A DNA stretch of 62,323 nt, the filler included. It is 7 parts of 7 records of this genome, joined end to end, with 100 filler letters (N's around TTAATTAATTAA, not from the genome) between each part and the next. Parts side by side here need not be neighbours in the genome. Positions count along the whole stretch, not along the records: positions 32,530 to 39,692 come from SRR31156797_33396; positions 39,793 to 51,326 come from SRR31156797_33407; 5 more parts are not named here. The stretch is one strand, 5' to 3'. A program made the translations under genes and the position numbers. Shown here piece after piece: positions 32,531-43,369 of the stretch. Numbering within the stretch: position 1 is the stretch's first letter; each line of letters opens with the position of its first letter. The notes beneath the pieces are model-generated. The model ran no database searches and was not told the origin of the DNA. It worked only from the letters and a program-made list of their open reading frames with translations.

Positions 32531-34021
32531 ATTATGGGACATGTTGATCATGGTAAAACATCTTTACTTGATAAGATTAGAAGTTCTCGAGTTGCAGCTG
32601 GTGAGGCTGGTGGAATCACACAGCATATCTCTGCATACACAGTACAAAAAAATGGACACGATATCACTTTTGTAGATACTCCTGGACATGAGGCTTTTAG
32701 TACTATGAGAAGAAGAGGGGCAAGCGTTACAGATATCATCATTATCGTTGTTGCTGCAGATGATGGAGTGAAACCTCAAACAATTGAGTCTATTAAAGCT
32801 GCAAAAGAAAGCGGTGCACCAATCATTGTAGCAGTAAATAAAATAGATAAAGAAGCTGCAAATCTTGATATGGTAAAAGCTGGTATGGCAGAACAAGATA
32901 TGTCACCAATTGATTGGGGTGGAGATACAGAATTTATCCCAGTTTCTGCTCACACTGGAGAAGGGATTGAGGAACTTTTAGAGAATATCTTACTTCAATC
33001 TGAGATATTAGAGCTTGAAGCAGATCCTGAAGCTTTAGCAAAAGCTACTGTTATAGAGTCTTCACAAGTAAAAGGAAGAGGTGCAGTTGCTACTGTTATT
33101 GTTCAAAACGGAACGCTTAAAGTTGGTGATAATATTGTCGCTGATACTACTTTTGGTAGAGTAAAAGCACTTCTTGATGATGCAGGGAAACCTGTAAAAG
33201 AATTAGGTCTTAGTAGAACAGGTCAAGTTGTGGGACTTAATGATGTACCACCAACTGGATCACATCTTGTTGCACAAGAAAATGCTGCAAAAGCAAAAGA
33301 GATCGCAACAACAAGAGCTGAGCATGCAAGAGCAAAAGAGCTAAGTGCATCGACAAAAGTTTCACTTGATGAGATGGCAGAACTTATTGCAGAAGGGAAG
33401 ATCAAAGCATTACCAGTTATTTTAAAAGCTGATGCAGGTGGATCTTTAGAAGCGATTAAAGCATCTTTAGAGTCAATTAAAAATGATGAAGTTAAAGTAA
33501 AAATTGTAAGTGCTGGTGTAGGTGGTATTACTGAAGCTGATGTTGCCTTAGCTGGAGCAAGTGATGATTGTATTATCTTAGGATTTAATGTAAGACCTAC
33601 AGGATCAGTAAAAACAAAAGCAAAAGCTGATGGAATTGAGATCAAAACATATAGTATTATTTATGATCTTATTGATGATATTAAAGCAACACTTTCTGGT
33701 ATGATGAGTACCGTTGTGATCGAAGAAAATACTGGTCAAGCAGAAGTTCTTGAAACATTTGTGGTTCCAAAAGTAGGAACTGTAGCTGGTACAAAAGTAA
33801 CTGATGGTAAAGTTATTCGAGGTGGACTTGCACGTATCATTAGAGATGGTGTTGTTACTTATACTGGATCTATTAAATCTCTTAAACGATTTAAAGATGA
33901 TGTTAAAGAGGTTTCAAATGGATTTGAATGTGGTATTATCTTTGAAAACTATAATGATATTAGAGTTGGAGATTATATTGAAACATTCATAGAACATAAA
34001 GAAGAACAAACAATCGATTAA
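32531..34021 (+). CDS. infB: Translation initiation factor IF-2 (5'-truncated by contig start)
   Basis: [28 protein letters not shown] and [12 protein letters not shown]. Confidence 0.97.
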   Translation: MMGHVDHGKTSLLDKIRSSRVAAGEAGGITQHISAYTVQKNGHDITFVDTPGHEAFSTMRRRGASVTDIIIIVVAADDGVKPQTIESIKAAKESGAPIIVAVNKIDKEAANLDMVKAGMAEQDMSPIDWGGDTEFIPVSAHTGEGIEELLENILLQSEILELEADPEALAKATVIESSQVKGRGAVATVIVQNGTLKVGDNIVADTTFGRVKALLDDAGKPVKELGLSRTGQVVGLNDVPPTGSHLVAQENAAKAKEIATTRAEHARAKELSASTKVSLDEMAELIAEGKIKALPVILKADAGGSLEAIKASLESIKNDEVKVKIVSAGVGGITEADVALAGASDDCIILGFNVRPTGSVKTKAKADGIEIKTYSIIYDLIDDIKATLSGMMSTVVIEENTGQAEVLETFVVPKVGTVAGTKVTDGKVIRGGLARIIRDGVVTYTGSIKSLKRFKDDVKEVSNGFECGIIFENYNDIRVGDYIETFIEHKEEQTID

Positions 34022-34123
34022 AAGCTTTATTGCACATAATCTTTTACCAAAGAAGCTGTTCGAGGTACTTTAGTACATCTTCACAACTCCTTTGGCAAAA
34101 TCTCACGCACACTAAAGCTTTTA
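34019..34123. repeat. 105-bp imperfect palindrome (ERIC/MITE-like) between infB and rbfA
   Basis: Perfect 11-bp terminal inverted repeats TAAAAGCTTTA; arms pair in to a central GTACT-tt-AGTAC. Confidence 0.7.
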
Positions 34124-34146
34124 GAGCTTTTTAAAAAAGGGCTAAA

Positions 34147-34500
34147 ATGAAAGATAAATCTATAAATTTACAACGAACAGAATCATTGCTAATGGAACTT
34201 ATCCCAGAAGCTTTAGGAAGTTTAGATGATGGACTTATTAATGGACTCACCATTACAGAAGTTGATTGTAAAAATGGAAAATATGATGCAAAAGTATATT
34301 TTGATGGAAGTGATTTTGATAATGGAGAAATCAAACTTATTCATAAATCACTTCGAAAAGCAAATGGAGCTATAAAGTCATATATTCTTGGATCAACTTC
34401 TTGGTATAAGTGTCCAAATTTTGAGTTTTTAGTGGATGATATGTTAGAAAAAAAAGCACGTCTTGATGAGCTTTTTGCACAAATAGAGAAAAAGAAATAA
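34147..34500 (+). CDS. rbfA: Ribosome-binding factor A
   Basis: Follows infB; ITEVDC..GKYDAKVY and WYKCPNFEF, Campylobacterota type. Confidence 0.9.
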   Translation: MKDKSINLQRTESLLMELIPEALGSLDDGLINGLTITEVDCKNGKYDAKVYFDGSDFDNGEIKLIHKSLRKANGAIKSYILGSTSWYKCPNFEFLVDDMLEKKARLDELFAQIEKKK

Positions 34501-34502
34501 TT

Positions 34503-34952
34503 ATGATAGATCAAGAATTAGAAGAATCAATAGCATTAGCGGTAAAAGGGTGTGGAGTTGATCTGTATGATATTCAACTTACAAAAGAGCATAAAACAAA
34601 TATTTTAAGAGTATTTATCACTTCAAAAGATGGAGTAAATCTTGATACTTGTGCTAATGTAAGTAGAATGATCTCTCCTCTTTTAGATGTAGAAGATCCA
34701 ATATCTGGAAAATATAATCTTGAAGTAAGCTCTCCTGGGATTGAAAGAAAACTAAAAACATTACACCACTTTATATGTTCTGTTGGAGAAAATGTAAAAG
34801 TAAAAGAGTATTCAACTGAGACTTTTAAAGGAAAACTTCTAGACGTTACAGAAGATGGTATCATCACCATTGATGATATTGATAATGGAGAAGTTAAAGT
34901 GAAATTTGATGATATTCTCTCTTCTTCTACTTATTATGACTGGGGAAAATAG
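34503..34952 (+). CDS. rimP: Ribosome maturation factor RimP
   Basis: LRVFI, LDVEDPISGKYNLEVSSPGIER. Confidence 0.93.
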   Translation: MIDQELEESIALAVKGCGVDLYDIQLTKEHKTNILRVFITSKDGVNLDTCANVSRMISPLLDVEDPISGKYNLEVSSPGIERKLKTLHHFICSVGENVKVKEYSTETFKGKLLDVTEDGIITIDDIDNGEVKVKFDDILSSSTYYDWGK

Positions 34953-34958
34953 AAGCTA

Positions 34959-35969
34959 ATGAATCTACAAAATAGCCAATATATGCAATTGGCTATTGAT
35001 GAAGCTTGGAAATATCAGCTTTTAACTTATCCAAATCCTGCTGTTGGTGCAGTTGTAGTAAAAGATGATCAAATTCTCTCAATAGAAGCTCATAAAGAAG
35101 CAGGAAAGCCACATGCTGAAGTTTTAGCACTACAGAGTGCATATCTTACACAGTTTCCAAATAGTTCATTAAAAGAGCTTTCAGATTCCCACAGTATACA
35201 TAACTATCTAATTGAAAATCATAATAGCTTTTTTAAAGAGTGTGAAATATATGTCACTTTAGAGCCTTGTAATCATATAGGGAAAACGCCAGCTTGCGCA
35301 ATGCTTTTAGAAGCAATTAAAATAAAAAAAGTATATATTGGTACAATGGATCCTAATAAACAAGCTTCAGGTGGTCTCCAAAGGCTTCAAAATGCCAATA
35401 TTGAAGTTGAAACAGGAGTGTGTGAAGATAAAACTGATGCCTTGTTAGAGCCATTTAAAATATGGCAAAAGAAGAGTTTTATATTTTTTAAAATAGCTAT
35501 GAGAGAAGATGGTTCCATTGATGGTGGATATATTACTTCACAAAAGAGTTTAACGCTAGTCCATGAAATAAGAACAAAACTTGATCTTTTGGTCATTGGT
35601 GGAAATACAGTTAGAATAGATCGGCCTACACTTGATGCAAGGTTTGCTAAAGAGAATCTAGCCCCAGATATATTGATATACACATCAAAAGATCTTAAGG
35701 AGTTTGACCAATCAATCAATCTTTTTAAAATTGAAAATAGAGAAGTTGTTATAAGTAAAGAACTTGATCTTTTAAAAGGGAAAAACTTTATTATGATAGA
35801 GGGGGGATATAAACTTCTCGATCAGGTAAAAGACCAAGTAGATTATCTAGTGGTTTTTATCTCCCATAAGGAGAAAAAGCAAAAGCATTTTTCTTTAGAG
35901 TCATTAGGTCTTAACAAGGTATATTCTTATATGGTAAACGAAGATGATGAATTGGTTTTTTTAAAGTAA
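34959..35969 (+). CDS. ribD: Riboflavin biosynthesis deaminase/reductase
   Basis: PNPAVGAV, HAE, TLEPCNHIGKTPAC, TVRIDRPTLDAR and IEGG. Confidence 0.93.
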   Translation: MNLQNSQYMQLAIDEAWKYQLLTYPNPAVGAVVVKDDQILSIEAHKEAGKPHAEVLALQSAYLTQFPNSSLKELSDSHSIHNYLIENHNSFFKECEIYVTLEPCNHIGKTPACAMLLEAIKIKKVYIGTMDPNKQASGGLQRLQNANIEVETGVCEDKTDALLEPFKIWQKKSFIFFKIAMREDGSIDGGYITSQKSLTLVHEIRTKLDLLVIGGNTVRIDRPTLDARFAKENLAPDILIYTSKDLKEFDQSINLFKIENREVVISKELDLLKGKNFIMIEGGYKLLDQVKDQVDYLVVFISHKEKKQKHFSLESLGLNKVYSYMVNEDDELVFLK

Positions 35970-36038
35970 TATTTTAAACTTCTTTAAAAACATTTTAGAT
36001 AAAATTGATGCCTTTATAAGTTAACGAATTAAGGTAAA

Positions 36039-36884
36039 TTGTTGGAAAAATATTATTATGAATTAGAGATTACTCCAAACGCTTATTATGAGCTGTTTTT
36101 GGATCTCATCTCAGCATTAACTGAGGATGCACTTGAAGAGAGAGATGGATCTATTATTGTTCGAAGTGAAGAAGAGATCGATACTATTCAAGTTGGTGTA
36201 GAAGCATTTGCAAAAGAGCTTTCAAATGCATTTGAGACTGAAATACTATGCGACATGGTTTTAAATAAAAAAGAAAATATTGATTGGGTACAAGAGTATC
36301 AAAATAGTGTACAGCCTATAGAAGTTGGAAATTTTTATGTGACTCCTAGTTGGCATTCGTATGAAAATATAAAAGATAAATATATAATTAAAGTAGATCC
36401 AACTCTTAGTTTTGGTTCAGGTCATCATGAAACTACAAATAGTTGTTTACAAGCTATTGATAAATATGTAGAAGCTGAACAAACTCTTTGCGATGTAGGG
36501 AGTGGAAGTGGTATCTTAGCAATTGCAGCAGCAAAAAAAGGAGCTGTGGTAGATATTTGTGATACTGATGAAGTTGCAGTAAATGATGCTCTAAAAAACT
36601 TTGAGCTTAATGGAATCTTTCCCAATAAATCTTGGGTTGGATCTATAAATAAATGTTCAGCTCAATATGATATAGTTGTAGCTAATATTGTTGCAGATGT
36701 TCTCACAATGATCTCTAAAGATCTTATAAAAGCAACAAAGATTGATGGAGTTTTGATACTTTCAGGTATTATGGAACAATATAGTGAAAAAGTAAGAAAA
36801 AAATATGAAGATAGATGTGAATTACTTGAAGAGATATCACAAAATGAATGGCGAACATTTATCTTCAAAAAAATCAAAGATTAA
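36039..36884 (+). CDS. prmA: Ribosomal protein L11 methyltransferase
   Basis: DPTLSFGSGHHETT, DVGSGSGILAI, VANI and ILSGI. Confidence 0.93.
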   Translation: MLEKYYYELEITPNAYYELFLDLISALTEDALEERDGSIIVRSEEEIDTIQVGVEAFAKELSNAFETEILCDMVLNKKENIDWVQEYQNSVQPIEVGNFYVTPSWHSYENIKDKYIIKVDPTLSFGSGHHETTNSCLQAIDKYVEAEQTLCDVGSGSGILAIAAAKKGAVVDICDTDEVAVNDALKNFELNGIFPNKSWVGSINKCSAQYDIVVANIVADVLTMISKDLIKATKIDGVLILSGIMEQYSEKVRKKYEDRCELLEEISQNEWRTFIFKKIKD

Positions 36885-36898
36885 AAGGATAAAAATAG

Positions 36899-38902
36899 AT
36901 GAACAATCAACAACAAGATAACAACAATAAAGGACCAAATGGTTTTTTTGATAAAAACCCTATTATTGTTTTTGTTATTTTTTCTATTGTAACGATCATG
37001 TTATTTAAAAGTTTTTTCCCAAGTGATGATATGAGCATCAATGGTGGACAAACAGCATATGGGCAAAGTGTTACAAAAAATGTAGCTTACTCTGATGTAA
37101 AGAATCTTATTCAAAATGGTCAAATAGACTATGTTGGCATTGGGGATCAAAATATTAAAGCAGTATCTAAACCAGTTGGTGGAGTTGTTACAACTTATCG
37201 TGCTAGAAAAGTAGCTAATGATAATACTTTAGTACCTCTTTTGGAAGAAAAAGGGATCAATTATGGTGGAATTAATGAACAAAATCTTTTAGCAGACATG
37301 CTTTTTGGATGGATCTTACCATTATTTTTCTTCTTTGCAATCTGGATGTTTTTGGCTAGAAGAATGTCAAAATCACTTGGTGGTGGAGCAGGTGGTATTC
37401 TTGGTATGGGTGGTGCTAAGAAGATGATTAATTCAGAAAAACCAAATGTTAAATTTGATGATATGGCTGGAAATAAAGAAGCTAAAGAAGAAGTTACAGA
37501 GATCGTTGACTTTTTAAAAGATCCAGATAGATATGTAAGACTTGGGGCTCAAATTCCAAAAGGTGTTCTTTTAGTAGGACCTCCAGGGACTGGTAAAACA
37601 CTTTTAGCAAAAGCAGTGGCTGGTGAAGCTGATGTTGAATTTTTAAGTGTAACTGGATCAAGTTTTATTGAGATGTTTGTTGGGGTAGGGGCAAGTAGAG
37701 TACGTGATCTTTTTGAACAAGCAAAAAAAGTAGCACCAGCTATTATCTTTATCGATGAGATCGATGCTATTGGTAAAAGTAGAGCAAGCGCAGGAAACTT
37801 TGGTGGAAATGATGAAAGGGAACAAACTCTTAATCAACTTTTAGCAGAGATGGATGGATTTAGTGGAGCGGGAGCACCTGTTATTATTTTAGCAGCTACA
37901 AATAGACCTGAAGTTTTAGATCCTGCACTCTTACGACCAGGAAGATTCGATAGACAAGTATTAGTTGATAAACCTGATCTTGAAGGTAGAATTGAGATTT
38001 TAAATGTTCATATTAAGGATGTCGTTGTATCAAAAGATGTTGATCTTAGAGATGTGGCAGTTATGACTGCTGGACTTGCAGGAGCTGATCTTGCAAATGT
38101 GATCAATGAAGCAGCACTTTTAGCAGGGCGAGCCAATGATGATGAAGTAAAACCTGAGCACTTTAAAGAAGCTGTTGAGAGACAAATTGCTGGACTTGAA
38201 AAGAAAAGTAGAAGAATCTCTCCAAAAGAGAGACAAATTGTTGCATATCATGAATCGGGTCATGCAGTGATTGCTGAGATCACTAAAGGGGCTAAAAAAG
38301 TAAATAAGGTTTCTATTGTGCCACGTGGTCTTGCAGCTTTAGGATACACATTAAATACTCCAGAAGAGAATAAGTATCTTATGCAAAAGCATGAGTTGAT
38401 GGCTGAAGTTGATACCCTTTTAGGTGGACGTGCTGCAGAAGAGGTGTTTATTGGTGAGATCTCAACTGGTGCAGGAAATGACCTTGAGCGAGCAACTGAT
38501 ATTATTAAATCAATGGCAACTATTTATGGTATGAGTGATATCGATATCGCAGGACTTATGGTTTTACATAAACAACAAAACCAGTTTTTAGGTGGTGGAC
38601 ACTCTTCAAGTGATTATAGTGATGAGATGGCTCATAAACTTGATATGTATATTAAGCAAACGTTAAATGATAGATATGATGCAGTGAAAAAATCTTTAGA
38701 AGAGAATAAAGATGCCATGGAGCAAATGACAGCAGAACTTTTAGATAAAGAGGTGATCTCTGGAAAAAGAGTTCAAGATATCATCAAAGAAAACGGTGGT
38801 GAGATCTATGAAGGGGAAGAGCTTCATACAGACGAGGATGAGATCTTAGATTCAATTGATAGCTCAAATAAAGATTCAGAAGACAAAGATAATGATAAAT
38901 AA
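36899..38902 (+). CDS. ftsH: ATP-dependent zinc metalloprotease FtsH
   Basis: Two TM segments, [23 protein letters not shown] and HESGH. Confidence 0.97.
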   Translation: MNNQQQDNNNKGPNGFFDKNPIIVFVIFSIVTIMLFKSFFPSDDMSINGGQTAYGQSVTKNVAYSDVKNLIQNGQIDYVGIGDQNIKAVSKPVGGVVTTYRARKVANDNTLVPLLEEKGINYGGINEQNLLADMLFGWILPLFFFFAIWMFLARRMSKSLGGGAGGILGMGGAKKMINSEKPNVKFDDMAGNKEAKEEVTEIVDFLKDPDRYVRLGAQIPKGVLLVGPPGTGKTLLAKAVAGEADVEFLSVTGSSFIEMFVGVGASRVRDLFEQAKKVAPAIIFIDEIDAIGKSRASAGNFGGNDEREQTLNQLLAEMDGFSGAGAPVIILAATNRPEVLDPALLRPGRFDRQVLVDKPDLEGRIEILNVHIKDVVVSKDVDLRDVAVMTAGLAGADLANVINEAALLAGRANDDEVKPEHFKEAVERQIAGLEKKSRRISPKERQIVAYHESGHAVIAEITKGAKKVNKVSIVPRGLAALGYTLNTPEENKYLMQKHELMAEVDTLLGGRAAEEVFIGEISTGAGNDLERATDIIKSMATIYGMSDIDIAGLMVLHKQQNQFLGGGHSSSDYSDEMAHKLDMYIKQTLNDRYDAVKKSLEENKDAMEQMTAELLDKEVISGKRVQDIIKENGGEIYEGEELHTDEDEILDSIDSSNKDSEDKDNDK

Positions 38903-39509
38903 TACAAACTTTATAGTAAAAGAGGGATATAAATCTATTCTTGTTGCATTAGTAGTTACATTTATACTCTATATTTTAGGTTGTGATTTCCTTGGTGCTA
39001 TAGGAGTTATACTAACATTGTTGATCGTTTATATTTATAGGGATACAGCAAGGTATATTTATGAAAACTCTTCTAATATACTCTCTCCAATTGATGGAAA
39101 AGTAATTGCAATTGATCATAAAAAACATAGCTGCAAAATATATGTACAAGTTTGTTTGCTTAATAGTCATAATATTCTTTCCCCTTTTAATACTACAGCA
39201 AAAGTTAAATTAAAACAACATGGAACAAACCTTGACCCTAGTAGCTATAAAGGTTCTTTATTAAATGAACAGATCAAGATAAAATTTGCTTCAACTGATT
39301 TTGAAGATAAAAGTATAAAAATAAGACTAATCAGTGGTTTTTTTAATCCCTCAATATCTATCAATATAAAAGAAAACTATCAACAAGGTGAAAAAATAGG
39401 AGTATTTGTAAATGGTATTGCTGAGATCACATTAAAAGATCTTGAGCCTTCTGTTGCAATAAATGATAGAATTAAAGCTGGACAAACAATAATCTCTCAA
39501 TTTAACTAA
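38892..39509 (+). CDS. Phosphatidylserine decarboxylase-related membrane protein lacking the GS self-cleavage motif
   Basis: KEG-TM-TM-YRD and LSPIDGKV resemble the Psd N-terminus; position after ftsH as in Campylobacterota; C-terminal GVFVNGIAE instead of FGS. Confidence 0.65.
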   Translation: MINNTNFIVKEGYKSILVALVVTFILYILGCDFLGAIGVILTLLIVYIYRDTARYIYENSSNILSPIDGKVIAIDHKKHSCKIYVQVCLLNSHNILSPFNTTAKVKLKQHGTNLDPSSYKGSLLNEQIKIKFASTDFEDKSIKIRLISGFFNPSISINIKENYQQGEKIGVFVNGIAEITLKDLEPSVAINDRIKAGQTIISQFN

Positions 39510-39664
39510 CCTCACGACTTAGCTCATTGGTATTTTCAATTATAGTAAAAGCTATGGTTGAAAATATTGTACTATTTATTATCCTTATTACAAAGATAGT
39601 TTCTACGAAAAAATCTATGTTAATAATGTATATTGTGATTTAAAAGATAAATGAAGATTTATAG

Positions 39665-39692
39665 TGGCGCGGTTGACGAGACTCGAACTCGC
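39665..39692 (-). tRNA. tRNA 3' end (T-arm, acceptor strand, CCA), probably tRNA-Asp; anticodon lost at contig end
   Basis: Minus strand reads GCGAGTTCGAGTCTCGTCAACCGC-G-CCA: T-loop GTTCGA, G discriminator and encoded CCA. Confidence 0.8.
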
Positions 39693-39792
39693 NNNNNNNN
39701 NNNNNNNNNNNNNNNNNNNNNNNNNNNNNNNNNNNNTTAATTAATTAANNNNNNNNNNNNNNNNNNNNNNNNNNNNNNNNNNNNNNNNNNNN
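39693..39792. other. Artificial contig spacer
   Basis: N44-TTAATTAATTAA-N44. Confidence 0.97.
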
Positions 39793-39862
39793 TTTCAGTG
39801 GACATACCCACTCCGTTGTCCTTTACATGGACAATAGTTTGCGAAAGGCCTGAAACTGCCCA
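39793..39862 (-). pseudogene. Fragment resembling a histidine-kinase HATPase G1 box
   Basis: Minus frame reads SQTIVHVKDNGVGMSTE; an in-frame stop lies shortly upstream with no ATG between. Confidence 0.4.
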
Positions 39863-39929
39863 GCGATTGTATGTAGGGCGGATTCATTTTTAGCGGATAC
39901 TTCATATGCCTCAAAAATATTTACCTGGA

Positions 39930-41534
39930 TCACGGATTTTTTATTTCCGCTTTTGGACCCTGGTAGAACCACCAATTCAACGCTAAGCAAATAAAATAAT
40001 AAATGGCAAAACCGTATAGGGCATATTCTGGCGTGTTATTTTGGATTTGTTGCCCAAAAACTTTCGGGATGATAAATGCACCATAAGCTGCAATAGCGGC
40101 TGTCCAACCCAGTACAGGGCCGGCCTGTTCTTTACAAAAAATATACGGAATACTCCTGAATGTAGAGCCATTACCGATCCCGGTGGTTAAAAAGAGCAGC
40201 ATAAAGCTGGCAAAAAACGGCCACCAGTAGGTTTCGGGTGTTTCGCTGTTGCGCGCCTGAATTACGAAATAAGCCACAGCCACAGTGGCCAGGATTTGTA
40301 CGAGGGTACTCATGGCCGTAACTTTGGCACCGCTCTTAATTTTATCAGAAAGCCAACCACCAACAGGGCGAATCAAGGCACCGATAACCGGGCCCAGAAA
40401 TACCCACATCAAAAAATCGGGGGCATTGGGGTTTAGATAGGATGGGTCGTTGGGATCGCTAAACACAAAAATATCCTGGCTTAGCTTAGGGAAGGCTGCC
40501 GAAAAACCAATAAACGAACCGAAGGTCATGGTATAGATGATGGTCATGATCCAGGTATGTTTGTTGCTGAAAATTGCAAATTGCTTGTTCAGGTTGGTTT
40601 TCATTGCACCCGGCGTGGCATATTTCATCAGCATAAGCGTTGCTATCACTACCACCGGAAGTACAATCCACATATTCCACTGCAGGCCTGCCAACAGATA
40701 GGCACCAAGAAATGTTGCAAGCAAACCCAAAACAATCATGTAGAAAGTTTTTCCAAGCCCCTGCAAGGTTGAGGGTAACTTAGGTGTGCCGGTAATCACA
40801 TTGTTCATTCCAAAAAAAGCGGCGATGGATGCGAGACCTAATAAGGGAACCCAAACCCAGCCTGCATTTTGAAATCCCGACAAGGGCTCGCCAAAGGCAT
40901 TGGTTACATCACTCCCCACCACGCCAAAAAATGAAAATCCGATAATCCAGGGGATGGTCTTTTGCATAACACCCACACCGAGGTTGCCAATTCCGGCATT
41001 TAATCCCAGCGAAGTTCCCTGCATCCGTTTTGGAAAAAAGAAACTGATATTGCTCATGGATGAGGAGAAATTACCTCCGCCAAAACCCGAAAGTGCAGCC
41101 AGAACAGCAAAAGTTATGTAAGGGGTATTCACATCCTGCAAGGCAAAACCAACCCCGATAACCGGAATGAGCAACAACAAGGTGGTCAGGAATATTACAT
41201 TCCGGCCGCCACCCAGGGAAATCAAAAAGGAGTTGGGGATGCGCAGGGTAGCACCAGCCAACCCGGCAATGGCCGGCAAAGTATAATACAGGTTGTTGAT
41301 TTCTTTAAGTGTTCCGGTGATTTGTGCTGCATCCATGTCTGCATTTATCATCCCAAAATTAAACCCAAAGGCTTTTAATTTGGTAGCGATGATGCTCCAC
41401 ATGATCCAAACTGCAAATGCAAGCAGCAAGGCAGGGATCGAAATCCATAAATTTTTTGTGGCTATTTTCTTTCCGGTTGATTTCCAGAAATTTTCATCTT
41501 CCACATTCCAGGTGGATAAGTTCGTTTTTGACAT
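39930..41534 (-). CDS. narK: NarK/NarU-type (NarK2) nitrate/nitrite transporter
   Basis: WNVEDENFW, NLWISIPALLLAFAVW, GFGGGNFSSSMSNISFFFPK, TFGSFIG and GIGNGSTF. Confidence 0.92.
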   Translation of the reverse strand: MSKTNLSTWNVEDENFWKSTGKKIATKNLWISIPALLLAFAVWIMWSIIATKLKAFGFNFGMINADMDAAQITGTLKEINNLYYTLPAIAGLAGATLRIPNSFLISLGGGRNVIFLTTLLLLIPVIGVGFALQDVNTPYITFAVLAALSGFGGGNFSSSMSNISFFFPKRMQGTSLGLNAGIGNLGVGVMQKTIPWIIGFSFFGVVGSDVTNAFGEPLSGFQNAGWVWVPLLGLASIAAFFGMNNVITGTPKLPSTLQGLGKTFYMIVLGLLATFLGAYLLAGLQWNMWIVLPVVVIATLMLMKYATPGAMKTNLNKQFAIFSNKHTWIMTIIYTMTFGSFIGFSAAFPKLSQDIFVFSDPNDPSYLNPNAPDFLMWVFLGPVIGALIRPVGGWLSDKIKSGAKVTAMSTLVQILATVAVAYFVIQARNSETPETYWWPFFASFMLLFLTTGIGNGSTFRSIPYIFCKEQAGPVLGWTAAIAAYGAFIIPKVFGQQIQNNTPEYALYGFAIYYFICLALNWWFYQGPKAEIKNP

Positions 41535-41574
41535 GACTTGGGTTATTGGTTAATCGTTATCGGTTAATCGTATG

Positions 41575-41658
41575 GTCAATGCGAGCGCAGCGAAGTAATC
41601 TGAAAACATCAATTTCTTTTCTAATCTTGTAAACCTTCCAGATTACACTCCATCGTTC
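41575..41658 (+). repeat. Degenerate REP-like element (GTCAxTGCGAGCGCAGCGAAGxAATC type)
   Basis: GTCAATGCGAGCGCAGCGAAGTAATCTG with downstream inverted partner CAGATTAC, in the gap between the two narK genes. Confidence 0.45.
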
Positions 41659-41787
41659 CAGCCCCTTATTAAAGTTCGAATGTCCTACGGAAGATTCAAG
41701 GTTTCAGAATTCCAATACTCCATAATTCCATATTTCAATCATTCTCCTGTTTCAATCACTCCACCTCTCACTACTGCCAACTGCTAA

Positions 41788-43335
41788 TTATTCTTCGGCA
41801 AACGATCCCTTAGGCTCGCGGAGCATGATCCAGCAGAATGTAAAACTTATAAATGCGCCTCCGGACAAAACATAAAAGAAGGTTTTATCATCGACTAAAG
41901 AATACAAAACCAGATAGATTACCGCACCAACATTTCCGTAGGCTCCTGCCATACCGGCTATTTGCCCGGTTTGTTCTTTATTGATCATGGGGATAATGGC
42001 AAAGGTTGCGCCTTCGGCTCCCTGCACAAATATTGAAGTAAGGATGGTGATAATTACCGCTATTACAAGCCACCACATGCCGTCGAACAAAGGTTCTAAA
42101 AGCCGGACTCCATCAGCTCCTACGTCACCGTACCTTGCAATAATGGCCATAAAGAAAAAGCCCAGGGTAATCCCAAACATGTAAATTAGCATCGTCCGCT
42201 TCCGGTTGTTCATTTTATCGGACAGCAAGCCACCAAGTGGTCGGGCAAATAAGTTTACAAAAGCGAAGGACGCCGCTATAAACGATGCCAGGGTAGCGGT
42301 CATAATAAAATCACCGCCGCTGTTAGTCAGGTTACGAAATACGTTTTCGAAAAACATGGGTAGCATAGATACCACGGCTAATTCAGCACCGAAATTTGCA
42401 AAATAGGTACTGTTGAGTGCGGCCACATTTCCCCAGCGATACTTGTCTTTCTCGGCGACTCCGGCCTTTAAAACCGTCAGGTTAACCTGAAGCACCTTGA
42501 TAACGTGTGCTACATAAATCAGTGCAAGAAATCCATAAATCATGTAGAGCACAGTTGATGACAATATGGGCACACCACTTACCTGCACACTTCCGATTTT
42601 CCAGGCAAGTACACCCATAGCACCTACCAGTGGGAACGACCACAAGAGATATTGGATTAAATCTTTGTACGAGGATACTGTCATGGGCTGGGCTTTTTTT
42701 GCCTTCTTAAAATGATAGGATTTGGTGGCTCCATCTTTCGGAACATCCCTAACCAAAAAATAGTAAGCGATACCATAAACCAAAGAAACGCCTGCATTGA
42801 TTGCCAAGGCATACCGCCAGCCGTTTTCGCCACCAAAAAAATGGATGGCAATCCAGGGCAGAGTCATAGCTGCCCACGCTGAACCAAAATTGCCCCATCC
42901 TGCATAAAAGCCTTCGGCACGGCCTACCATCTTTGGGGGAAACCATTGCGCTACCATTCTGATTCCGATTACAAATCCGGCACCGATAGACCCCAAAATT
43001 AACCTTGAAACAAGCAGTTGGATAAAGGTGTTGCCAAAGGCAAACAAAAAGGCCGGTACCGACATAATGATCATCAACAAACTAAACACGATCCGGGGGC
43101 CATACCTGTCGATGAGCGCCCCTACAACAATTCGCGCAGGGATGGTGAGTGCCACGTTACAAATTGCCAATACTTTAATATGATCTTTGGTGAGCCATTT
43201 AATGTTTTCGAGCATGGTAGTAGCCAGTGGAGCCATATTGAACCACACGTAAAAAGTTACAAAAAAGGCGATCCAGGTGTAGTGGAGTGTTCTGATTCTT
43301 TCCTGTTTAAAATCAATTAATTCCGGTAGTGCCAT
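41788..43335 (-). CDS. narK: NRT2/NarK1-type nitrate transporter (MFS)
   Basis: LHYTWIAFFVTFYVWF, GFYAGWGNFG, YFANFGAELA, ARPLGGLLSD and GMAGAYGNVG. Confidence 0.9.
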   Translation of the reverse strand: MALPELIDFKQERIRTLHYTWIAFFVTFYVWFNMAPLATTMLENIKWLTKDHIKVLAICNVALTIPARIVVGALIDRYGPRIVFSLLMIIMSVPAFLFAFGNTFIQLLVSRLILGSIGAGFVIGIRMVAQWFPPKMVGRAEGFYAGWGNFGSAWAAMTLPWIAIHFFGGENGWRYALAINAGVSLVYGIAYYFLVRDVPKDGATKSYHFKKAKKAQPMTVSSYKDLIQYLLWSFPLVGAMGVLAWKIGSVQVSGVPILSSTVLYMIYGFLALIYVAHVIKVLQVNLTVLKAGVAEKDKYRWGNVAALNSTYFANFGAELAVVSMLPMFFENVFRNLTNSGGDFIMTATLASFIAASFAFVNLFARPLGGLLSDKMNNRKRTMLIYMFGITLGFFFMAIIARYGDVGADGVRLLEPLFDGMWWLVIAVIITILTSIFVQGAEGATFAIIPMINKEQTGQIAGMAGAYGNVGAVIYLVLYSLVDDKTFFYVLSGGAFISFTFCWIMLREPKGSFAEE

Positions 43336-43369
43336 GAGGGTGAAAGTTAAAAGTTAATCGTTATTAGTA

